Assembly: GCA_944349655.1 (NCBI GenBank)
Contig: CALVNL010000003.1
Location: forward strand, 15,252-79,251
Reading direction: 5' to 3'
DNA from: an uncultured Clostridia bacterium
Lineage (GTDB): Bacteria; Bacillota; Clostridia; Christensenellales; DTU072
DNA length: 64,000 nt
This document shows positions 9,318-16,600 of the stretch, piece by piece. The notes under the pieces are model-generated. The model made no database searches and was not told the origin of the DNA. It worked only from the letters and a program-made list of their open reading frames with translations. Position 1 is the stretch's first letter. Each line of letters starts with the position of its first letter. A program made the position numbers and the translations under genes.

Positions 9318-9875
9318 TCAAATATCGTTTTTCATAATATAGTTGCATAAAGAGTCCGTAAAAGTGACAGATGAAAAAAATTTTTTTAACTTTTTTATAA
9401 TTCTTTTATGTCTTTGCCTGACCGCATCATAACGTAAATTCAAAATCGCCGCAATTTCTTTTAACTTGTATCCTTCCCAATAATACAAGTCAACAATTTC
9501 CTGTTCGGTTTTATCTAATTGCTTAATTGCATAGTATAAATCACCATAGAGTTCTTCCTTTGTCAGCACATCAACTTCCGCTATGATTTGATTTAAATCT
9601 GAATAAGCGTATCTTGAATCGTATTTAACTTTTCTTTTTGCTAAACTGTCACAGTTCAAATAAACCCAAGTTGTGGGATTAGCAACATACCCGAATTTTT
9701 CTTTTTCCAATAAGCTGTTGAAAAAATCCTGCGCTATATCTTCGGCAAATGTTCTACCGTATTTTTTTCCGATATGATAAATTATTTTTCCATAGTAAAA
9801 ATTATAGAGTTTCTCTAAAGCACGTTCACTTGTCCGTAATGTTTTTAATAATAAGTTAAATTCTATTTCGTTCAA
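9318..9875 (-). CDS. Sigma-70 family (ECF-like) RNA polymerase sigma factor
   Basis: 185 aa. C-terminal region-4 HTH: LYYWEGYKLKEIAAILNLRYDAVRQRHKRIIKKLKK. N-terminal region-2-like segment. Confidence 0.75.
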   Translation of the reverse strand: MNEIEFNLLLKTLRTSERALEKLYNFYYGKIIYHIGKKYGRTFAEDIAQDFFNSLLEKEKFGYVANPTTWVYLNCDSLAKRKVKYDSRYAYSDLNQIIAEVDVLTKEELYGDLYYAIKQLDKTEQEIVDLYYWEGYKLKEIAAILNLRYDAVRQRHKRIIKKLKKFFSSVTFTDSLCNYIMKNDI

Positions 9876-10057
9876 GTGAATTTCTCCTTCATTTGTTTTC
9901 GAAAATTATATCAAAAAATATAAATAATGTAAATACTTCAAAAATGCTTTCGCAGTTAAGACCGGTACTGAAAAAACACTGCAAAAACGAAACTTTAACT
10001 ATCTTATAAAGAATACAAAATCTACAAACAATAATTATATATTTTTAAAATCTATAT

Positions 10058-10097
10058 AAAAAAACTCAACCTAACCTTTTTTCTGGTTCCGTTGAGT
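10058..10097 (-). terminator. Hairpin plus T-run, read as the orphaned terminator of tRNA-Ser(GGA), displaced by island insertion
   Basis: ACTCAAC (10064-10070) pairs with GTTGAGT (10091-10097). An inner AACC/GGTT helix is also present. The A-run 10058-10063 is a T-run on the minus strand. No minus-strand gene ends upstream of it in the present arrangement. Confidence 0.55.
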
Positions 10098-10101
10098 CCG
10101 T

Positions 10102-10109
10102 CTTGGCGG
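10102..10109. repeat. Left copy of the 8-bp direct repeat CTTGGCGG (putative att core)
   Basis: Identical octamer at 22909-22916. The extended match CTTGGCGGnGAnAn is 11 of 14. Confidence 0.55.
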
Positions 10110-10179
10110 CGAAACCGAATGTCAGTTTGAACTATTCTGCGCTTCTCGATTATTAGTGGTTTCAAAAACCATTGCGTAG

Positions 10180-11718
10180 TTATACCTTGATGCCAGGTGT
10201 TTCTAGGATGGTCGCTTTTTCCGCAGATAGTTTTTTAATCGTGTTAATTCCAGTTTTGATAGCTGTAATTATACTCTTGTATTTGCTTGATTTATCTATT
10301 ATTCTGTGCGTTTCAAATAGCAACAAAATCTCTTTTAAGATAAAAACCAAGCAATGATCTGTTGCCATAATAATATTCACTATGTCACCCCAGGAGCCAC
10401 TATTTGCATACCATAAGTAACCATTTGCATGAGATATCATTTGACTCTCAACATAATCTAAAAGCATTACTCGATCCCAAGAGGTAGAAGATTTTGGATT
10501 CTTGACAGAAAACTTTGATACAAAATCTTTTACTATTCGGGTAAGGCTTTCCGTGGAACCTTTATCGTCAATGGAATACCCTGTTGTTGTACGGAAGTTT
10601 TTCTCAAATATGCTTTGTTCGATTCCATTAGGGTATAATGATTTATAATAGTTGTACGCTTTATCTAACGGGTATTCTTCACCTATGTTTCGTTTGATCT
10701 GCATGCGTTCATGTTCTTCAAGTAGCTTAAAACGCTCCTCTCGGGGGAAGGCACTCAAATAGCATTTTTGGAACGATGCTAGCATATCTAATATGATTTT
10801 CCATTTAGATTTTACTTGTTCGGGCAATCCAAGGAGTTTATCGGAGCAGATCTCTGAGAGTATAAGAGAGAGACTTGTTAATGTATCTGACGTATAATTC
10901 TTTCCAAAAGTCTTTTGAAATTCATTACTTATTTGATTTAGCGAATTACACTCTTGGACAACTAAATCATTGTATTTTCGTGATAAAACCGCGGTATATA
11001 TTGCGGTATAATACACCTCGAAAGTCAACCGTGTTAGAGGAAGAGTTGAGTACTCTTGTGTGATGAGGAGCAGGATGTCAGGAATAGTGGACCAAATTCC
11101 TTCGTTTGAATAGAAATCATTTACAGACGGATGAATTGCTTGGCTATACAGTCCGTAAAGTTTTGCATAATCCTCACCCAAGGTTTCTGCCACCGTTTTA
11201 CGATGGACAACATGGTCTTGGCATAGGAAGGGTAAGTTGCTTTTTACTATGTCATTTATTTCTTTAGCGGTATGACTACTGGATAGTTTTTCGCGGAAAA
11301 AAGTAACTGCGTCATCTTTGTCTTTCAAAAGTTTTTCGGGAATAAGAATTATGTCGGCAATATCTTGAAAATTTTTATAATAATTGTATTCAATCAGGTG
11401 AACTTGCTTTCTTAATAGTTCTATTTGTAGGTCTGAAATCTGCCCTTTTTGATATAGACGTTTTAACGCTAATCCTTCGAGAAAACAGCGTGCAGTAAGC
11501 AACATACCCGGACTACCAATATGTTGCAACAAAACGTCTTTTACGAAGGTTAATGCTTGGGAGGTCAAATAAAAATCTATAATATCGGTAAAAGATTCTG
11601 TCCCAAACAGTTCTTCATCTTCGGAACGCTTCATAAGGGCGTGATTATAAGTGAATAGTCTCCCCCAAAAAGTGTTTAATTCCTCAACAATTATTTGTGT
11701 GACATATTTCATCTGCAT
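10180..11718 (-). CDS. 512-aa predicted all-alpha protein of unknown function, partner of the SIR2 gene
   Basis: Starts 10 nt downstream of the SIR2 stop on the same strand. I find no P-loop or other catalytic motif. Two similar segments occur: YGLYSQAIHPS and YVESQMISHANG. One R-x6-H string is present (REKLSSSH). Confidence 0.7.
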   Translation of the reverse strand: MQMKYVTQIIVEELNTFWGRLFTYNHALMKRSEDEELFGTESFTDIIDFYLTSQALTFVKDVLLQHIGSPGMLLTARCFLEGLALKRLYQKGQISDLQIELLRKQVHLIEYNYYKNFQDIADIILIPEKLLKDKDDAVTFFREKLSSSHTAKEINDIVKSNLPFLCQDHVVHRKTVAETLGEDYAKLYGLYSQAIHPSVNDFYSNEGIWSTIPDILLLITQEYSTLPLTRLTFEVYYTAIYTAVLSRKYNDLVVQECNSLNQISNEFQKTFGKNYTSDTLTSLSLILSEICSDKLLGLPEQVKSKWKIILDMLASFQKCYLSAFPREERFKLLEEHERMQIKRNIGEEYPLDKAYNYYKSLYPNGIEQSIFEKNFRTTTGYSIDDKGSTESLTRIVKDFVSKFSVKNPKSSTSWDRVMLLDYVESQMISHANGYLWYANSGSWGDIVNIIMATDHCLVFILKEILLLFETHRIIDKSSKYKSIITAIKTGINTIKKLSAEKATILETPGIKV

Positions 11719-11728
11719 TGTTTGTAAG

Positions 11729-13075
11729 CTAAATTGCTAAATAATCAAGGAATTGTTTTAGATCAATTACAGTCGGGAACCAAATACACTCTACTCCAAT
11801 TCTCATAAAATGTCTATGAACAATGAATTGATCTTTTGTCGAGAGACCATCTGTCAACATTAGCGCAATATGAGTTTTTCCTTTAATTTGAGTTGTTTCC
11901 AGTATTCTTCGCAAATTAGGATCTGTTAAACTACAGCCAACGAATAGATACGTATTATCCCTATAAAGATAGTTTTGGAGAACTACCGACCAATGATAAG
12001 GATTATTATAAAGCTTATGATACTCAGATTCACTAAAAACAATATAATCTTTATACTGGCAATAATCTTTTGGTAAAATATTAAATGGTAAGTAACCATG
12101 TGTGTGATAGATACTTAATTCATTGTTGGAAAGCATACTTTCATTGAACATAATATTATGTTTCACGCCACAGGCGTCTAATTCTTGCTCTAAAAAATTA
12201 TCATAATTATATGTAATAATATTAAACTTTTTCTCGTTGTGCAATTTAACAACCAGTTTGGCAACATATTTCAAAGTGGAGTCAGGATAATTACTTATTG
12301 GCGGAGTATACTTATCATATAATCCTTTGTATAAACTTTTAATAAAGTCTTTTAAATTTTCTTGAGTAAATTGTCCATTTATAATACTCGTTCCACCTAT
12401 TTTCTTTTGTACTGATATTGAATTGTCAATTACTCCAGCCGATTCTATTTCTTTAAAAAAATCAGAGATAAGGACATCCCATCCTTTAGAACCATAATCA
12501 AGTGATACTCCAGCACCTAGAGATAAAGAAATCATTTTTTTTTGAACTAATTCTTGTAAAAGCAATTTATTATTTTTAATTTTAATATCAAAGTTTAAAA
12601 CTTCATTTAATGAGGCATTCTTTTCTATTTTATCGATTTTTTCGTTATAAAAGCTGTAGTAATCAATAGAATATTCCTTTGCCCATGTTGCTATTGTATT
12701 TTGATCCCAAACGACTATGTTTTCTTCGGCAAATCTATTATTGCTTGAACGACTGCCTTCTTTTAAATATCCATTTACTATGAACAAGCTGATATATTTT
12801 TTCGAATCCAACAGTGGATAGAATTTCATATTCCTGGCATTGTATTTTACTTCAATAATTACAGGCATTTTAAAATCGTCAAATCCTTCCGGTGCGAATC
12901 CATCAAATATACGTATGCCATGTGCAATAGCATTACGAATTTCATTTTTTTGATTAACATACTTAAATATATTTGTGTCTTTGAATTCACTAAAAAACGG
13001 CTTCCCTTGAACGGCACATTTTTGCCTAATTACGGATAAAACAAATTTTTCGAAATCTAATTCTTTATTAATCAT
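11729..13075 (-). CDS. SIR2-family (SIR2_2-type) protein with an N-terminal Mrr-like PD-(D/E)xK domain; putative NAD+-consuming defence effector
   Basis: SIR2_2-like blocks: SLSLGAGVSLDYGSKGW, ITYNYDNFLEQ, IYHTHGYLPF, YLFVGCSLTDPNLRRILE. N-terminal FEKFV..IFDGFAPEG..VIIEVKY resembles the Mrr/PD-(D/E)xK pattern. Confidence 0.75.
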   Translation of the reverse strand: MINKELDFEKFVLSVIRQKCAVQGKPFFSEFKDTNIFKYVNQKNEIRNAIAHGIRIFDGFAPEGFDDFKMPVIIEVKYNARNMKFYPLLDSKKYISLFIVNGYLKEGSRSSNNRFAEENIVVWDQNTIATWAKEYSIDYYSFYNEKIDKIEKNASLNEVLNFDIKIKNNKLLLQELVQKKMISLSLGAGVSLDYGSKGWDVLISDFFKEIESAGVIDNSISVQKKIGGTSIINGQFTQENLKDFIKSLYKGLYDKYTPPISNYPDSTLKYVAKLVVKLHNEKKFNIITYNYDNFLEQELDACGVKHNIMFNESMLSNNELSIYHTHGYLPFNILPKDYCQYKDYIVFSESEYHKLYNNPYHWSVVLQNYLYRDNTYLFVGCSLTDPNLRRILETTQIKGKTHIALMLTDGLSTKDQFIVHRHFMRIGVECIWFPTVIDLKQFLDYLAI

Positions 13076-13111
13076 ATTTTTTCATAAATCCTTGTCAGCA
13101 GTTTTAAAACT

Positions 13112-13140
13112 ATTATAACACTAATTCTGTTTTATTTCAA
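13112..13140 (-). promoter_or_regulatory. Sigma-70-type promoter for the SIR2 operon
   Basis: Minus-strand reading: TTGAAA (13140-13135), 17-nt spacer, TG-extended TATAAT (13117-13112). The ATG lies at 13075. Confidence 0.55.
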
Positions 13141-13189
13141 GATTGTACGTCATTTTTCAAAAAATAATCTCCAAATTTTAGAGAATACC

Positions 13190-13218
13190 TTGAAAATCAA
13201 TAGGAGATATGGTACAAT
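13190..13218 (+). promoter_or_regulatory. Sigma-70-type promoter for the HTH/RM/PHP-ATPase operon
   Basis: TTGAAA (13190-13195), 17-nt spacer, TACAAT (13213-13218). Divergent from the SIR2 promoter. Confidence 0.5.
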
Positions 13219-13256
13219 GAATTAAAATCTTATACCCTTGATGATTGGAGATAATT

Positions 13257-13466
13257 ATGGCAGTTAGTTATAAGAAACTTTGGAAGTTGCTTATCGACAA
13301 AGATATGAAAAAAGAGGATCTGCGCAAGGCAACCGGTATTACTACAACGGCAATGGCTAAACTCGGCAGGAACGAGAACGTTAATACCGAAATACTCGTA
13401 AAGATTTGTGCGGCACTTCAATGTGAACTAAATGACATTGTTGAAATTGTTGGCACAGAACAATGA
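13257..13466 (+). CDS. Small XRE/Cro-type helix-turn-helix regulator (possible RM controller protein)
   Basis: ATG at 13257 with GGAG 6 nt upstream (the track used an upstream TTG). Sequence: MAVSYKKLWKLLIDKDMKKEDLRKATGITTTAMAKLGRNENVNTEILVKICAALQCELNDIVEIV. Confidence 0.75.
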   Translation: MAVSYKKLWKLLIDKDMKKEDLRKATGITTTAMAKLGRNENVNTEILVKICAALQCELNDIVEIVGTEQ

Positions 13467-13536
13467 ATATTGTAAAGAATGAGATTGGTTTAATAATATT
13501 GAAAACCAAAGCGAATAAAGTATTAGGAGAAAAAAG

Positions 13537-15417
13537 ATGAATAGACACGATATTATAGATAGCATTGGAGCTAAATATCATGTTGGGAACACCGAGAATG
13601 GTGAATTTAGTTATGTTCAGGCATTAAAGTCTGTAGGTAAAGACATAAAAGATTATCAAAAAGCGGCGACTGGAACGAAGCACCAGTTTTTGGATATCCG
13701 ATTTACCAATGATCGCTTGGTAATCTTGGTTGAATGCAAGAGCAAATTCAGCCGTTGGGATAAGGCAAAGATACAAGGACAACTCCAAGACTATGTAAGA
13801 TTTGAAAAAGCTTACTCCGATAAAAAAATTGTTGCTATTTTGGCAGAAACCGAAGGCAACGATGTTTGGGTTTGGTATGGTCAATCGGTTATTATTGACG
13901 ACGAGCATAAAGTGTCAACAGAAACCGTTATTCGCACGTTTGGAGAGTATGAAAACTTGTGTTTTGGCAAGGTAAACGATAAGATAAAAATCGTCGATTC
14001 TATCAAGCAATTAAACGAAAAATTACATTCGGATGGTATTAATGAGAAATTGCGTAGTCAATTTGTCGGGACGTGTCTTCTTGCCTTAAAAAACGGCTTG
14101 GTTTACAAAGATGTAAAAGCGACATTGGATCCTAAAACAGGAAAAGAACTTTCTCCTGAAAAAGTTGTCTTAAGAAACATTAAAGATATTCTCGAAGGTC
14201 TGCTAACAAAGAGTGGGACGGTCAATATAAACAAAGCGAGTAAATTGACGATACTTAATAATAAAGTTCTCGGCGACCAAGACGTTGAAAGTCTTACTTA
14301 TGAAGAATTAAAAGAGATTTTAGAATATATCGATACAAATGTCGTTCCATATATTAACGATAAAAGTACTGCAGGGCAAGATTTATTAAACCTCTTCTTT
14401 ACAACGTTCAACAAATATGTTGGTAAATCTGATAAAAATCAGGCTTTTACTCCTGACCATATTTGCGACTTTATGAGCAAAGCCGTTGGCGTAAACAAGA
14501 ATTCTCGTGTTTTAGATCCTTGTTGCGGGAGTGGAGCTTTCTTGGTTAGAGCAATGACCGATGCAATGGATGATTGTGATACAGAAGACGAAAGAGAAGA
14601 TGTAAAGAAAGGGCAGATTTTTGGCATTGAATATGAAGACGGCGCCTTTGGACTGTCCTCTACAAATATGTTGATTCACGGTGATGGAAACTCAAACGTC
14701 ATACAAGCATCTATGTTCGATAAGGCAAAGTGGATTTCGGATAATAACATTAATGTTGTTTTGATGAATCCGCCTTACAATGCGACTAAAAAATGTTGTA
14801 ATCCCGAATATACAAAGAATTGGAGTGCAAACCAAAAAGAAGATCCGTCAAAGGGTTTGCATTTTGTTGAATTTGTTGCAAAACATGTTTCGAAACCTTG
14901 TAAGATTGCAGTCCTTCTCCCTATGCAAGCTGCTATCGGGAATAGTGGAGAAACAGCAGATTTTAAAAAGAAAATGTTAGACAATTATACGCTAGAAGCT
15001 GTTTTCTCGTTGCCTAATGATATGTTCTATCCTGGTGCTTCGGCAATTGCATGCTGCATGATATTCGATTTATCACAGAAGCATGAAAAAGCGAACAGAG
15101 AAACGTTTTTTGGATATTATAAAGATGATAAATTTATAAAGCGCAAGGGGCTTGGGCGTGTTGAAAAAACAGATGCAGATGGGAACAGCCTGTGGGTAAA
15201 AACGGAAGACCTGTGGTTGAATTTGTATCGAAATAAAAAGGAAGTGCCGGGACTGTCCGTTATGCACAAGGTGTCTTGGAAAGACGAATGGCTCGCTGAA
15301 GCTTATATGGAAACGGATTATTCCACCCTAAGCCAGCAAGATTTCCAAAATACCATCAATGAGTATTTGTCGTATTTAGTTAAAGAAGGTGGAATCTATG
15401 AATCTAAAATTAAGTAG
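13537..15417 (+). CDS. BcgI A-like Type IIB restriction-modification subunit (N-terminal PD-ExK endonuclease fused to a gamma-class N6-adenine methyltransferase)
   Basis: D53-x12-E66-x-K68 (FLDIRFTNDRLVILVECK, nt 13693-13740). SAM motif VLDPCCGSGAFLV precedes the catalytic VVLMNPPYN. 626 aa; AGGAGA RBS. Confidence 0.75.
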   Translation: MNRHDIIDSIGAKYHVGNTENGEFSYVQALKSVGKDIKDYQKAATGTKHQFLDIRFTNDRLVILVECKSKFSRWDKAKIQGQLQDYVRFEKAYSDKKIVAILAETEGNDVWVWYGQSVIIDDEHKVSTETVIRTFGEYENLCFGKVNDKIKIVDSIKQLNEKLHSDGINEKLRSQFVGTCLLALKNGLVYKDVKATLDPKTGKELSPEKVVLRNIKDILEGLLTKSGTVNINKASKLTILNNKVLGDQDVESLTYEELKEILEYIDTNVVPYINDKSTAGQDLLNLFFTTFNKYVGKSDKNQAFTPDHICDFMSKAVGVNKNSRVLDPCCGSGAFLVRAMTDAMDDCDTEDEREDVKKGQIFGIEYEDGAFGLSSTNMLIHGDGNSNVIQASMFDKAKWISDNNINVVLMNPPYNATKKCCNPEYTKNWSANQKEDPSKGLHFVEFVAKHVSKPCKIAVLLPMQAAIGNSGETADFKKKMLDNYTLEAVFSLPNDMFYPGASAIACCMIFDLSQKHEKANRETFFGYYKDDKFIKRKGLGRVEKTDADGNSLWVKTEDLWLNLYRNKKEVPGLSVMHKVSWKDEWLAEAYMETDYSTLSQQDFQNTINEYLSYLVKEGGIYESKIK

Positions 15418-16555
15418 TTGGCAATATTTTGATTACATAAGAATTTTTGATATCAAGAAAGGGTTTTATAACAAAAAGCCTGATCCATCTGGTTCTGGAA
15501 AAATTAATTTTATAGGCGCGACTGATCATAATAATGGCGTTACAGAAAGGTATACCCTAGATGAGATAGAAAACGCTTCTAGAACAGGTGATTTGCCAAA
15601 CGAATCATTAAGCAGAAAAGTTTTTCCGGCTCATGCGGTATGCGTAACAAACAATGGCTCCGTAGGTTACGCCTATTATCAAGAAGAATCTTTTACATGT
15701 AGTCACGATGTAAATCCATTATACTTGAAAGACGGGGAGTTTAATAAGTATACAGGCCTTTTTGTCGCAACTGTAATCATGCATGATAAATATCGTTGGG
15801 GATATGGTAGAAAATGGAGGCCTGAAAGAATGGTCAAATCTAAGATAAAACTCCCGATAGTGCAAGATGAAGATGGAAACCCTTTAATAGACGGGAGTAA
15901 AAAGTATTCAGATGATGGCTATTTGCCGGATTGGGCATTTATGGAAAAATACATGATGAACTTGTCTGTTAATCCTGTTTCTACTAATAATAAATCACCT
16001 GTATGCTCTTTTAATACAAAAGATTGGAAAGAGTTTCAGTTCGGCAAACTTATAGAAAATAATAATATCTATAAAGCAAAAGCTTATAGCAAAATAGAAC
16101 TAGAAACGAAAAATATTGCTGAAAAAGGGTATATTCATTTTGTTTCTCGCACGGAAGAGAATAATAGTATCGACTGTTATGTGATGAAAAGCGATTTTTC
16201 TGATATTGAAGAAGGGAATGCGATTACTATTGGAGATACCACATCCACTATAGCATATCAAAGCGAACTCTTTGTAAACGGAGATCACATCATTGTCATT
16301 CGTGCAGACTGGCTAAACAAGTATACTGGTATGTTTATTGTAAGTTTATTAAGAAAAGAGCGTTATCGTTATTCATATGGTAGAGCATTTTTAATGGATT
16401 CTATCAAGAATACAAAATTACATCTTCCTGTAAAAAAGCAGGATGGCAAACCTATTATTGATGATAGCCATACTTTTTCCGATGAAGGCTACTTGCCGGA
16501 TTGGGAATGGATGGAGACTTATATAAAGTCTTTGCCATACAGTGATAGAATTTAA
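15398..16555 (+). CDS. BcgI B / HsdS-like bipartite DNA-specificity subunit
   Basis: Start moved to the ATG at 15398 (AAGGTGG RBS), overlapping the upstream stop. There are two tandem halves, each ending in a conserved block: KIKLPIVQDEDGNPLIDGSKKYSDDGYLPDWAFMEKYM and KLHLPVKKQDGKPIIDDSHTFSDEGYLPDWEWMETYI. Confidence 0.65.
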   Translation: MNLKLSSWQYFDYIRIFDIKKGFYNKKPDPSGSGKINFIGATDHNNGVTERYTLDEIENASRTGDLPNESLSRKVFPAHAVCVTNNGSVGYAYYQEESFTCSHDVNPLYLKDGEFNKYTGLFVATVIMHDKYRWGYGRKWRPERMVKSKIKLPIVQDEDGNPLIDGSKKYSDDGYLPDWAFMEKYMMNLSVNPVSTNNKSPVCSFNTKDWKEFQFGKLIENNNIYKAKAYSKIELETKNIAEKGYIHFVSRTEENNSIDCYVMKSDFSDIEEGNAITIGDTTSTIAYQSELFVNGDHIIVIRADWLNKYTGMFIVSLLRKERYRYSYGRAFLMDSIKNTKLHLPVKKQDGKPIIDDSHTFSDEGYLPDWEWMETYIKSLPYSDRI

Positions 16556-16600
16556 CGTTCGTTCAATGATTCTTAAAATACACAAGCAAAGGAGTTGCTG

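Noticed and set aside
10104-10132. TGGCGG..CAGTTTGAAC at the left island end considered as a duplicated tRNA-Ser 3' half (T-loop plus acceptor plus CCA).
   Set aside because: Beyond the 8-bp core the would-be acceptor strand (TTTCGCC) cannot pair with the tRNA 5' end GGAGAGA, and the spacing differs. Only the short core repeat is retained as evidence.
13141-13189. Imperfect inverted repeat AATCTC-N9-GAGAAT (13166-13186), just upstream of the RM-operon -35, considered as the HTH controller's operator.
   Set aside because: Only 5 of 6 positions pair and the arms are short, so this is not distinguishable from chance in AT-rich DNA.
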